DNA of 29,639 nt from a virus (lineage: Duplodnaviria; Caudoviricetes), in the IMG/VR virus record IMGVR_UViG_3300009095_000054, positions 1 through 29,639 of that record. The stretch is one strand, 5' to 3'. The position numbers were made by a program, and so were the translations under genes. Each line of letters begins with the position of its first letter. Positions within the stretch are counted from its first letter, which is position 1. Shown here piece after piece: positions 1 to 8,094 of this stretch. The notes beneath the pieces are model-generated. The model saw only the letters and a list, made by a program, of their open reading frames with translations, made no database searches and was not told the origin of the DNA.

Positions 1-70
1 AAGATTTCTTAACAGAAATTATTAAGAAGAGAGTGGCAATCTCTCTTCTAAATTCACCCCTAAAACGTAA

Positions 71-985
71 ATGGAGTTACCGAATATGAGCAATACTACA
101 CGAACTACACAAAAAGAAACATCACAAATATTTTCTACAGCTTATTTTCGCGCTGTACATAATGCAGAAAATCCATTTACTCAGATGCACAACAAAACGG
201 TTCGCGATGCTTCGCTAAGTTTTGGTGCACTGGGCCTCTTAACTTACGTTTTTTCTCACAAAGAAACCTGGAACATCTTTCCTAAAAATTTATACAAAAC
301 TCGCAAAGAAGGAAGGCAAAAAATGTATTCCTATTTTCAAGAGTTAATCGATGAAGGATACGCAGCTAGACTAATTTTCCAAGAACGGGCTAATGGGAAA
401 TTTGGTAAGCAGGCTTATGGATACGCCTTCTTTGAAGTCAAAGCATCTAAAGAAGATATAGAGAAGGTTCAAGAAGAATTCAAAAAATTTTACCGCGATT
501 CAAGTTCCTGGGATTCCGGTAATGAGGATTCCAGAAACCTGCACTATAAGAATACTAAAGAAAAGAAGACTAATCTTAAGAGAAAAACAACAACGCCTAA
601 AGGCGAGTCGTTGTCTCTTTATGATAAGAAGCAACCATACATGAAAATACTCACGGATGAGGAGCAAGAGTCGTTCATCAAATATGTCGAGGCTCATAAG
701 CATGAAGCTGAAAACATCAAGGCTTGGATGATGGATTGTGCTAAGAAGAAGTATTGGCTGACGGCGACTCCTAGCAAAGAGGATAAGGTGGAAGCTCATA
801 AGCAGCTTACGCATTGGATCATCACTAGCTTTCCTAATAGGAAGGATATTATGGAGGGGTACAATTACATTGAGTTTATCAATGGGATGACATCGACTTA
901 CCTTACTTTTGGAGATAAAAACTTTGAGAAGACATGCGAGGAAGAGCTTGCCAAACGCAAGCTCTCCCTTTCAACAGACTTTTGA
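71..985 (+). CDS. Phage replication initiator (N-terminal winged-HTH, lambda O/replisome-organizer-like)
   Basis: N-terminal pattern NPFTQMHN..RDASLSFGALGLLTYVFS..W..EGRQK..FQELIDEGY is typical of phage initiators. It is followed by a repetitive linker and a K/T-rich tract. The true start may be ATG 86. Confidence 0.7.
   Translation: MELPNMSNTTRTTQKETSQIFSTAYFRAVHNAENPFTQMHNKTVRDASLSFGALGLLTYVFSHKETWNIFPKNLYKTRKEGRQKMYSYFQELIDEGYAARLIFQERANGKFGKQAYGYAFFEVKASKEDIEKVQEEFKKFYRDSSSWDSGNEDSRNLHYKNTKEKKTNLKRKTTTPKGESLSLYDKKQPYMKILTDEEQESFIKYVEAHKHEAENIKAWMMDCAKKKYWLTATPSKEDKVEAHKQLTHWIITSFPNRKDIMEGYNYIEFINGMTSTYLTFGDKNFEKTCEEELAKRKLSLSTDF
496..592. repeat. Candidate replication origin (iteron-like repeats plus A-rich tract) inside the initiator gene
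   Basis: (C/G)GATTC at 496, 511 and 526 (15-bp period). AAGAA(T/G)ACTAA at 548 and 563, within an A-rich tract. Confidence 0.4.
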
Positions 986-1006
986 ACCTTTCGTTCCATA
1001 GGCTTT

Positions 1007-1174
1007 TTAGATTTCTGAAATCCATTCTTTAAGCTTAAGGAAGGCATAGAGTGATGTACGGATCGCATCCATTAGAATAACCTTTTCATCGTCACTCATG
1101 TTTTGAGATTCATCGATGACATGAATTAGCTCTTGAATGCATTCTTTAACTGTTGATGGGGGTTTACTTTCCAT
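1007..1174 (-). CDS. Hypothetical protein, 55 aa (MESKPPSTVKECIQEL...)
   Basis: Translated by hand (below the ORF-track cutoff). Its start overlaps the end of the 1164..1361 gene. Confidence 0.55.
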   Translation of the reverse strand: MESKPPSTVKECIQELIHVIDESQNMSDDEKVILMDAIRTSLYAFLKLKEWISEI

Positions 1175-1361
1175 GAACTCTCCTTTGAAGTTTAAGTTTA
1201 ACGATTTCGCATTGATCTGCTACCATAGATCGTGCTCTTTCTACAGCATTCATCCCTTCGCCTTTGTAGACATAGTAGCCTATGAAGTCCGAAAAGGCTT
1301 TTTGGAGAGCTTCTTGTGCTTCTTCCAACGTTTCGTAAAAATATTCGCCGTTAATTTCCAT
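1164..1361 (-). CDS. Hypothetical protein
   Basis: ORF with AAGGA RBS, coupled to its neighbours in a leftward operon. Confidence 0.65.
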   Translation of the reverse strand: MEINGEYFYETLEEAQEALQKAFSDFIGYYVYKGEGMNAVERARSMVADQCEIVKLKLQRRVHGK

Positions 1362-1563
1362 GTGTTTCCTTATTTAATTTTTTAATTTCTCTTACTGCTT
1401 CTTCAATGGATGGGTGATCACTATGGGGTATCCAATTATTGTTAGCGTCATAGATACCCACAGTAAAAAGATCATAATCATAGACATCTTTGATTAAATC
1501 TGGATCTGTACTATCCGGAAATATCCTTCTTCCTTTGAATTCTGTTTGTTTGAAAGTAAACAT
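1351..1563 (-). CDS. Hypothetical protein
   Basis: Start moved to ATG 1563 (MFTFKQ), which follows AAGGAG. Confidence 0.65.
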   Translation of the reverse strand: MFTFKQTEFKGRRIFPDSTDPDLIKDVYDYDLFTVGIYDANNNWIPHSDHPSIEEAVREIKKLNKETHGN

Positions 1564-1587
1564 TATTAACTTATCTCCTTTTATTTT

Positions 1588-1608
1588 AAAAAAGGGGAAA
1601 ATTCCCCC
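1588..1608 (-). terminator. Possible intrinsic terminator
   Basis: On the - strand, a GGGGAA/TTCCCC hairpin followed by a T run, just after the stop at 1614. Confidence 0.4.
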
Positions 1609-1613
1609 ATTGT

Positions 1614-1820
1614 TTAATCCAGTGCCCAAGTTTCAGCTAGTAAAGTTAACGCTTGTAAAACTTTGTCGCCTTCAGAGCTATAGAGGCATGCCAAATCCCA
1701 CCATTGGATTTTTTTATCGGCACAGACTTCTTTATTCCAATTTTGAAAGCATTCTTTTGAAGTAGAATGAAGTCGGTTGGCTTCACTTTTAAGATGAGAA
1801 AGTATCTCTAAGGTTTTCAT
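1614..1820 (-). CDS. Hypothetical protein
   Basis: Start moved to ATG 1820 (MKTLEIL), which follows AAGGAG. Confidence 0.65.
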   Translation of the reverse strand: MKTLEILSHLKSEANRLHSTSKECFQNWNKEVCADKKIQWWDLACLYSSEGDKVLQALTLLAETWALD

Positions 1821-1859
1821 CTTCTTCTCCTTATGTTTAAGAAAGAAAAGTAAAGATAG

Positions 1860-1975
1860 CATAGGCGGTTAATTTTTGTTAACCAAAAAGATTTTTTTAA
1901 TTTATTTTCAGAAAAAAATTGTGAAAAAATAAAATATTTGCTAGAACTCGTCTTGCAGAAAGAATAGGTTGTAAT
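1860..1975. promoter_or_regulatory. Divergent AT-rich promoter region
   Basis: Very AT-rich non-coding gap between the leftward and rightward operons. Confidence 0.45.
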
Positions 1976-2209
1976 ATGCGCTTTGTTGATCTTGAATTTA
2001 ACAAGAATTATTTTATCCTCACGAGAGAGGATTTCCAGAAAGTCTGTTTTCCTTATACGAAAGTAGATTATATAAATTATGACGCAAGCTCGGGTAAACT
2101 GAGAATTGAAGTCAAGAAGCAAGGCTCTTTTTATAGAGACTATGAAAGCACAGACGCACTCAATCGCGACGCTCTAAAGCTAATGGCTAAAGGGGGTACT
2201 GCGGTATGA
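1976..2209 (+). CDS. Hypothetical protein
   Basis: First gene of the rightward operon. ATGA overlap with the next gene. Confidence 0.65.
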   Translation: MRFVDLEFNKNYFILTREDFQKVCFPYTKVDYINYDASSGKLRIEVKKQGSFYRDYESTDALNRDALKLMAKGGTAV

Positions 2210-2535
2210 GTAGCATGATCACTGTCACCAATTACACTCCATGTATTAAAGGCTCGAAGGTTGCTGAATTCGATATTCGCATCAATCCTTGGAAAGGAGA
2301 GATGTGTTTTATGCAAGAATTTAGGAAAGGAGAGCAACGTTGGTTTAACTTTCCGAGCAAGTATGTAGAGGCTCATGACCAAAAGCGTTATGTGCCTATC
2401 TGGAAATTTGACATGCCAAGCACAGGAAAGGGATTTGAAGAAGAGCTTAGGAAGGCTGTAGATGATTATTTATCTAAGCATCCTGAAGCTGCGCCTAAAG
2501 ATCCTGTCTTTGAAGCAGAGGAGTTGCCATTTTGA
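2206..2535 (+). CDS. SpoVG-like / single-stranded nucleic-acid-binding protein
   Basis: KVAEFDI...RWFNFPSK pattern resembles the SpoVG fold. The acidic C-terminal tail EAEELPF is SSB-like. Confidence 0.6.
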   Translation: MSSMITVTNYTPCIKGSKVAEFDIRINPWKGEMCFMQEFRKGEQRWFNFPSKYVEAHDQKRYVPIWKFDMPSTGKGFEEELRKAVDDYLSKHPEAAPKDPVFEAEELPF

Positions 2536-2816
2536 AAGATTTTGTAGAGATGCCAACATCAGAGTTCGATCAGCATATGCGAACCGTCTTCGAACCACAC
2601 CACTACGACAACGGGCAATTCGTTTTCTCAGTGGGGGCGATGAAGCATGCGCTTGATATGATTTCTTTTGAGAGTATGGATTTAGAAAATTATCTTCGTA
2701 CAAATAGCCAGTATTTCCAAGGAAAGTTTTCAATCTTGGACACCTTGCGTAAGATGCAAGCGACAGCTTCTATGCTCTCAATTGCAATCGAGAAATACGA
2801 TGTCCGGATTAATTAA
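2532..2816 (+). CDS. Hypothetical protein
   Basis: TTG start overlapping the upstream stop, with AGGAG upstream. Confidence 0.6.
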   Translation: MKDFVEMPTSEFDQHMRTVFEPHHYDNGQFVFSVGAMKHALDMISFESMDLENYLRTNSQYFQGKFSILDTLRKMQATASMLSIAIEKYDVRIN

Positions 2817-3060
2817 GTACTGGGCTAGATCCCAACCGCCTTTGTTGAGTGAGAAAGGCTTTTTCAGCTCTAAGGAAGAGATAGGGGAATGGTTTAAGTT
2901 GCTTCTCAAGAAAACAGAGGAGCATGATAACCAACCTGTAATCTTCGAAGAGGGTGACATAGATAATTGCTTACATGTCATAGAGATTAGCCAATCGAGT
3001 CTACCTACTTGGGCGTTTTTAGGGCAACGGTTTAACTATACGAACTGGAAGCACTCATGA
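2800..3060 (+). CDS. Hypothetical protein
   Basis: Coupled ORF. Likely start is ATG 2800. Confidence 0.55.
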   Translation: MSGLIKYWARSQPPLLSEKGFFSSKEEIGEWFKLLLKKTEEHDNQPVIFEEGDIDNCLHVIEISQSSLPTWAFLGQRFNYTNWKHS

Positions 3061-3689
3061 CGTTTCAGCAGATAGCAGATTCGACAGGCGCATTGGGTGA
3101 GTCTATATTCGCCAAACATATCATCGATAAGGGATATCTCGTTTATAGGCTCCAGAACGGATTTAGCTGCCCAAGGTGCAACTTTCATGGATGGGGTGTA
3201 GGAAGATACCATCCCTTTGATATGTTCGTTTGTAAGCCATATAAACCACCAAATTTTGACTTCTCAGATTGCTTCTATGCCGAAGTGAAAACAAAGACAA
3301 GAAGTCATCCTTTGAATGATAAATACAATGAGATTGGTTTCAACCTATCTGATTGGGCGGTTTACAAGGCTATTGCAGCTCAAACTAAGATTCCCTTTTG
3401 GGTGATCTTTGTAGATAGAACCGAAATCTACGGAGCTGAAATGTCCACATTAGCTAAGAGATTAGAAATTGATGGAAGAGTCTATCCTAGAGAATATAAC
3501 TTCGGAGAGAAAAGAGTAAGCGATGTAGTCGATAAGCACGTCGTTTTCTTCTCTAAGACTGTTATGTCTTCTATGGGAAAGCTTACATTTGATGAACAAA
3601 AGAAGTTACAAAATGTTACCCGCCAACAAAGCACTCTCTCGTTGCCAAGAGTTGATGCCCGAGCTGAATTTGGATTTGCAGATCGTTGA
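3057..3689 (+). CDS. PD-(D/E)xK superfamily nuclease-like protein
   Basis: G.LGE helix, then PFD and AEVKTK, in the catalytic arrangement of the family. CPRC insert. Confidence 0.65.
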   Translation: MTFQQIADSTGALGESIFAKHIIDKGYLVYRLQNGFSCPRCNFHGWGVGRYHPFDMFVCKPYKPPNFDFSDCFYAEVKTKTRSHPLNDKYNEIGFNLSDWAVYKAIAAQTKIPFWVIFVDRTEIYGAEMSTLAKRLEIDGRVYPREYNFGEKRVSDVVDKHVVFFSKTVMSSMGKLTFDEQKKLQNVTRQQSTLSLPRVDARAEFGFADR

Positions 3690-3924
3690 TGACAACACTG
3701 TTGCTATTAAAACTGTAGATGTAATGGCTTGGCATAGAGTCTTCGTTAAGACATTGGCATATGTAGATGCATTGCAAGAGAAAGTGGATACATTTCCAGA
3801 TACTGAGCCATTCTTCGGGGTATGTGAAGCAATGGAAGATCTTGGAGCTTTGATAACGAGCTTATTCGTGTTTTATGACTGTACAATCAAAACCTATAGA
3901 ATTGAACCTCGAGGCAACAATTGA
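3655..3924 (+). CDS. Hypothetical protein
   Basis: ORF in a packed operon. Start uncertain (3589-3655). Confidence 0.55.
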   Translation: MPELNLDLQIVDDNTVAIKTVDVMAWHRVFVKTLAYVDALQEKVDTFPDTEPFFGVCEAMEDLGALITSLFVFYDCTIKTYRIEPRGNN

Positions 3925-4129
3925 TTATCTCTTGAGAGCAAAGGAATCTCTTGAGACTTGTTTAACGTATGAATGTCAGAAAAAAGAATTCGCTGTTGCG
4001 TCATTACTGCTTCATGTCATGCATTGCATTGAGAATGCTCTACGATGCTTTGATGTTGAGTACTATACGACGCAGAAGGCGGTACAAAAAGCTCATGCAG
4101 CTAGTAAAAAATTGGTTGAAAGAGGATGA
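3875..4129 (+). CDS. Hypothetical protein
   Basis: ORF with ATGA coupling to the next gene. Confidence 0.6.
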   Translation: MTVQSKPIELNLEATIDYLLRAKESLETCLTYECQKKEFAVASLLLHVMHCIENALRCFDVEYYTTQKAVQKAHAASKKLVERG

Positions 4130-4470
4130 AAATGAGAGAGAGACAGAAAACACGCACTGCGAAGTTAGCAAGACAAATATCTCCTAAAGTTGAGAGGCTT
4201 TTCCCCGGATTAGACGCTACGATAAACAACCCTGTAGTCTCTAAGGCTATGAAAGAAAGTTTTGATAAAATAAATTCCGGAAATAATTCATTGATGGGTT
4301 TGCCTAAATCAATGAGAAAGATTTGCGAGACAGTAGATCAAAACTTTACGGCTATCAGATCATCTCTTCCTGTTCTTGAGATGCTCTATGCTAAAGATCC
4401 TAGATTTACTAACGTTAAAAACATAATTGAGGAACTCTATGAAGAATGGAAAGATGAAACCGAGTGCTAA
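4126..4470 (+). CDS. Hypothetical protein
   Basis: ORF in a packed operon. Confidence 0.65.
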   Translation: MKMRERQKTRTAKLARQISPKVERLFPGLDATINNPVVSKAMKESFDKINSGNNSLMGLPKSMRKICETVDQNFTAIRSSLPVLEMLYAKDPRFTNVKNIIEELYEEWKDETEC

Positions 4471-4783
4471 ACCGCGCCAAGCAAAGCTAACAGCCGAAGA
4501 GCTTAAAGTACTACAAGAGCGGACTCAGATGCTGCAAAACACTATTTATCATTACAAAGTCACATTTGTGAATGGATCGGCAGGTGTGCTTTCCCTTAAT
4601 GGCATTCAATCCATGCAATTAAAAGAAATGCTTCAGAATGACTGGGAACATGCCACTCTTAACGAATGCGATGAGAACGGAGTTCTTAAGACAGCTACCC
4701 AGCTCAAGCATGTGATGATCATAGAAAGAGTCGTGCCACAACAAAAGGTTGAAGATGGAAAAGCTCCAGAAGAGAGTAAATGA
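4454..4783 (+). CDS. Hypothetical protein
   Basis: ORF in a packed operon. Start uncertain. Confidence 0.6.
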   Translation: MKPSAKPRQAKLTAEELKVLQERTQMLQNTIYHYKVTFVNGSAGVLSLNGIQSMQLKEMLQNDWEHATLNECDENGVLKTATQLKHVMIIERVVPQQKVEDGKAPEESK

Positions 4784-5075
4784 TTCGGTGGAGAGCTTCC
4801 ATGCAATTTTGGAAGAAGCTTCTGAGGATGAGAAAGACAAACTAGCCGATGTTCTTGTAGGCTTTAGAACAGTAGCTAAGAGTATCGCATCCTTAGAACT
4901 TCGGCGTATGGAGATGGATAAAAAAGAGCAACTGGATCTTGATATGACCATAAGTTTAATTTTTATGTCTTGGCTTTCGGATGCTTTACCTAACATAAAA
5001 GTTTTACTTGATGTAGCACTAAGAGCAGAAATTAATATTAGTAGAGATTTTTTAAATCGATCGGATTTACATTGA
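4749..5075 (+). CDS. Hypothetical helical protein
   Basis: Last ORF before an intergenic gap. Confidence 0.6.
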   Translation: MKMEKLQKRVNDSVESFHAILEEASEDEKDKLADVLVGFRTVAKSIASLELRRMEMDKKEQLDLDMTISLIFMSWLSDALPNIKVLLDVALRAEINISRDFLNRSDLH

Positions 5076-5215
5076 AACTATATAAAAATTCACCCCCTTC
5101 ACAGCTATGTGTGAGCACGTTTTAAATTTGAAAATTGTTGCAAAGAAATCAAATGCCTTAAATATAGCGTTTTACGATCGGAGTGAATGCAACATAATAT
5201 TAATTATCAGACGCA

Positions 5216-5599
5216 ATGAGAGCCATTACAACCTATGTCTTACCACTACCCATAGTCCAAAACTTTTCAAGATTATTATTGTCACTTCCTTCACCTAAGT
5301 TTAAAGATGATGAAGAAGATATATTAAACATTTTAAAATATGTTCGTTCTCAATTATGGAAAAAACTTGATAAATGCCCTGGTCAAAAAATCAAATGCGA
5401 ACAACTATATAATGAAATTTTAGAGATGTATGAGTCGATCAAAACGCAAAAAGAAGACCACGAAGCAAAGACAGAATTCGTTACGGAACAACCCTTTTAT
5501 CATTTTAAGTGCGCTAAAAGAAGCCACCATGAAATACTCTCAAGACATAAATACAAAGCACGTGCCTTTTGCGAATCTAGGGAAACCAATAAGGTTTAG
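5216..5599 (+). CDS. Hypothetical protein
   Basis: 127-aa ORF after an AT-rich gap. Confidence 0.5.
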   Translation: MRAITTYVLPLPIVQNFSRLLLSLPSPKFKDDEEDILNILKYVRSQLWKKLDKCPGQKIKCEQLYNEILEMYESIKTQKEDHEAKTEFVTEQPFYHFKCAKRSHHEILSRHKYKARAFCESRETNKV

Positions 5600-5663
5600 G
5601 CGCTATAATGATTCTTCAACTTAATCCCACTATCCTTAAAAAACATCACTTTAGGTAGACATT

Positions 5664-5858
5664 ATGAAAAAGAAACCCAAAAGCAATAGAATCTCAAGAG
5701 AAGCCCAACTCCAAAATCGCACGAACTGGGTTGAGAATGGCCAACTCTATCTTCAAAGATGCATGCAATGTGATCCAGTCAACGGTAGAGAGAATTGGGC
5801 AGTCGCCGTAGCTACTGGAAGATGTGCTTTTTGTGGATGGCGTGATGACGACGTTTGA
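5664..5858 (+). CDS. Small zinc-ribbon protein
   Basis: CMQC...CAFC pairs, with AGGT RBS. Confidence 0.65.
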   Translation: MKKKPKSNRISREAQLQNRTNWVENGQLYLQRCMQCDPVNGRENWAVAVATGRCAFCGWRDDDV

Positions 5859-6249
5859 TTGTAAGAAGATGCATCCTAAATGCCAAGCTCAATGCTGTAT
5901 GGTCGCCCCTATTGAGCAAGAGATATTCACTCGTAATCTTCATAAGGTTGTAAGACAGCCAATCTCTCAGCATGTCTTTGACGCTGTAGATCCAATTGAT
6001 AAAAAGAAAAGGTTATTGGTTCTTCCATTTACAGCAGACGGCTATTGTCCATTTTTAAATAAAGATTTAACGTGTAATATCTACGAGGATAGGCCAGATG
6101 TATGCCGAAAGTATGGCAGCGAACAGCATCCAATGCTGAGGTGTCCATATCTAGACAAGAATGGTCGTGAACGCTCTAGGCAAGAAATACGCAAGATTGA
6201 ACGCCACTATGCAAAGGTTGCAACCAAGCTAAAGATTGTTGGGCAATAG
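5845..6249 (+). CDS. YkgJ-family cysteine-cluster (Zn/Fe-S-binding) protein
   Basis: C..CQAQCC ... CPFL ... CNIYEDRPDVCRKY signature. Confidence 0.85.
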   Translation: MTTFDCKKMHPKCQAQCCMVAPIEQEIFTRNLHKVVRQPISQHVFDAVDPIDKKKRLLVLPFTADGYCPFLNKDLTCNIYEDRPDVCRKYGSEQHPMLRCPYLDKNGRERSRQEIRKIERHYAKVATKLKIVGQ

Positions 6250-6312
6250 CACAATCGGTAGTGCTCTCGGCTGTTAACCGAAAGGTTGTAGGTTCGAACC
6301 CTACTTGCCCAG
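6240..6312 (+). tRNA. trnN: tRNA-Asn(GTT)
   Basis: Acceptor TGGGCAA/TTGCCCA, D arm GCAC/GTGC, anticodon loop CTGTTAA, T arm GTAGG-TTCGAAC-CCTAC. No encoded CCA. Overlaps the ykgJ stop codon. Confidence 0.93.
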
Positions 6313-6315
6313 AGA

Positions 6316-6387
6316 TGGAAGGTAGTTCAATGGTAGAATACTTGACTTTGGATCAAGTCGTTGGTGGTTCGAATCCATCCCTTCCAA
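6316..6387 (+). tRNA. trnQ: tRNA-Gln(TTG)
   Basis: Acceptor TGGAAGG/CCTTCCA, anticodon arm CTTGA-CTTTGGA-TCAAG, T loop TTCGAAT. Confidence 0.92.
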
Positions 6388-6389
6388 TT

Positions 6390-6456
6390 GGCGGTGTAAA
6401 GGTTAGACTTACGCCTGCAAAGCGTAAACAAGTGAGTTCGATTCTCACCACTGCCT
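6390..6456 (+). tRNA. trnC: tRNA-Cys(GCA) with truncated D arm (possibly pseudo)
   Basis: Acceptor GGCGGTG/CACTGCC with U73, anticodon arm TACGC-CTGCAAA-GCGTA, T arm GTGAG-TTCGATT-CTCAC. Only 67 nt. Confidence 0.75.
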
Positions 6457-6477
6457 AGGCGGAAACGTTTTTCGTTT

Positions 6478-6510
6478 GGGGTGGACGATGCATCGTCACA
6501 CCCCGTTTTT
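6478..6510 (+). terminator. Intrinsic terminator after tRNA cluster 1
   Basis: GGGGTG-GACGATGCATCGTC-A-CACCCC hairpin followed by GTTTTT. Confidence 0.6.
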
Positions 6511-6518
6511 AGGAGATT

Positions 6519-6725
6519 ATGGGTGTAGTTGTACCTTATAATGATGATTATTGTTTACAAGCTGTAAAAGCAACTCAGAATCTCTTTAAATTGATAGGTA
6601 ATGAAAAATGTTTATCTATAAATAAAAAAGTTCTTCTTATGAATGAACTGCAATTCATAGAAAGATTTTTAGATGAAGTAAATTTTAGTGAAGAGCCAAC
6701 GGTAGATAAAATAGTCGATGAATGA
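6519..6725 (+). CDS. Hypothetical protein
   Basis: AGGAG RBS before the ATG. Confidence 0.65.
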   Translation: MGVVVPYNDDYCLQAVKATQNLFKLIGNEKCLSINKKVLLMNELQFIERFLDEVNFSEEPTVDKIVDE

Positions 6726-6927
6726 ACATTATCACTCACATCCTCCTTGCTTTTCACGTTCTTCTAATGCTTTTTCTACTGCACTTTACGATTTCGAGAA
6801 TGCGTTAAAGACATGGGAAGAGAGTCTCAAAGGAGACAATACTGTGCTTGATAGTTTGAGAAAATTGCATGTGACTCTCAAAACTCTTTTACCTATTTTA
6901 GAAAATGTTTATCGTAAGATCACATAG
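6718..6927 (+). CDS. Hypothetical protein
   Basis: Coupled to the upstream stop. Confidence 0.6.
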   Translation: MNEHYHSHPPCFSRSSNAFSTALYDFENALKTWEESLKGDNTVLDSLRKLHVTLKTLLPILENVYRKIT

Positions 6928-6938
6928 TTGCTTAAGTT

Positions 6939-7010
6939 GGCTCTATAGTGTAGCGGTTAGCACAGCTCACTTTCTATGAGTAAGCCTCAGTTCGAATCTG
7001 GGTAGAGCTT
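6939..7010 (+). tRNA. trnE: tRNA-Glu(TTC)
   Basis: Acceptor GGCTCTA/TAGAGCT, D arm GTG/CAC, anticodon arm GCTCA-CTTTCTA-TGAGT, T arm CTCAG-TTCGAAT-CTGGG. Confidence 0.9.
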
Positions 7011-7013
7011 TAT

Positions 7014-7085
7014 GCCTCTATGGTGCAGTGGTCAGCACGGCAGATTGTCGATCTGCAAACCTTGGTTCAATTCCATGTGGGGGCG
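7014..7085 (+). tRNA. trnD: tRNA-Asp(GTC)
   Basis: Acceptor GCCTCTA/TGGGGGC with G73, anticodon arm GCAGA-TTGTCGA-TCTGC, T loop TTCAATT. Confidence 0.9.
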
Positions 7086-7086
7086 T

Positions 7087-7233
7087 ATGACGAAAAAAGA
7101 TTACATTAAAAAAGGCTATAAGTGTAAAACATGTTACCGCATCAAAAGGATATGCGAATGTCCGCAAGGGAATTATAGACAATGGCTTGGAAGAAAGAAG
7201 CATGGAATGGATGAAATACACTCCGTACGTTGA
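7087..7233 (+). CDS. Small basic Cys-containing hypothetical protein
   Basis: MTKKDY..CKTC..CEC, starting right after tRNA-Asp. Confidence 0.4.
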   Translation: MTKKDYIKKGYKCKTCYRIKRICECPQGNYRQWLGRKKHGMDEIHSVR

Positions 7234-7615
7234 ACCTCCTCAAGGCTTGAAAGTAGCTTGTTGGAGAGATGGAATTCCATACTTTGCGATGAGGATAGTC
7301 TATAAGTTGAAAAGCTATTGGATGCCCATTCCTTTTACAGACTCACAATTTGCAAGCCTTGATCCTCCAGAATATTGGGCATTTGCAGAATTTCCCCCTG
7401 GTTTTCACGGTTACACAACTTTAGGATTAGAAGATGAAAATCCTATGCCTTTTGAAGAATTTATGCAAAAACACCCCGAAGAATGGGAAGAAATATCAGA
7501 AAACCTTTTTAAAAAAATGATAGAAAACACAGGAAAACCGTTCTATGAGATGGATTCAACTGAAAGAAAAACTTCCAGAACTTCAAAAAAACCTAGTCGT
7601 AGCAAGAAAGTCTAA
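7202..7615 (+). CDS. Hypothetical phage protein (DUF551-like N-terminus)
   Basis: MEWMKY..PP...YW..P pattern. Confidence 0.6.
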   Translation: MEWMKYTPYVEPPQGLKVACWRDGIPYFAMRIVYKLKSYWMPIPFTDSQFASLDPPEYWAFAEFPPGFHGYTTLGLEDENPMPFEEFMQKHPEEWEEISENLFKKMIENTGKPFYEMDSTERKTSRTSKKPSRSKKV

Positions 7616-7892
7616 CTTTATACGCACTGGACAAGAGATTAAATGTCTTTATTATACTCTTCAGTTGCTTCTTCCTTCTAAAATCCATCATTTTATGGAC
7701 AAAAATCTCTATATTTGGTGTAAATCCGCTTTACATTTGGATGAACCCCATAAATTTGACTTAGAGCGTTACATCAAGGAGTCAGAAGAAGAAGGATTGC
7801 TAGATCAAGATAGAATTTACCTCAAAGTATCTCCATTAGACTTTTATATCGATGAACTAACTATTCCCGAGGCTAAAGCAGATTTTTCATGA
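7545..7892 (+). CDS. Hypothetical phage protein (DUF551-like N-terminus)
   Basis: MRWIQLKEKLPE start motif. Confidence 0.6.
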   Translation: MRWIQLKEKLPELQKNLVVARKSNFIRTGQEIKCLYYTLQLLLPSKIHHFMDKNLYIWCKSALHLDEPHKFDLERYIKESEEEGLLDQDRIYLKVSPLDFYIDELTIPEAKADFS

Positions 7893-8056
7893 ATGAATTA
7901 GATGAATTTCAGATGGCTTTACAGACTGCTGTTTTTGCCATTGCTAAATATATAGACACTGAAGAATTTAAAGCATTAGATGCAGACATGCAAGAGGTAT
8001 ACATTTCTGACCGAGATTTTCTTCTCCAGCTTGGCTTAGAGCTTCAAGAGCAATAA
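7889..8056 (+). CDS. Hypothetical acidic protein, 55 aa (MNELDEFQMALQ...)
   Basis: Translated by hand. ATGA overlap with the upstream stop. Confidence 0.6.
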   Translation: MNELDEFQMALQTAVFAIAKYIDTEEFKALDADMQEVYISDRDFLLQLGLELQEQ

Positions 8057-8094
8057 GCTTCCTATAAAATAAATATTTTATTATATAATCAGGT

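Noticed and set aside
6261-6458. 65-aa ORF (and the N-terminal part of 7012..7233)
   Set aside because: These coincide with tRNA genes.
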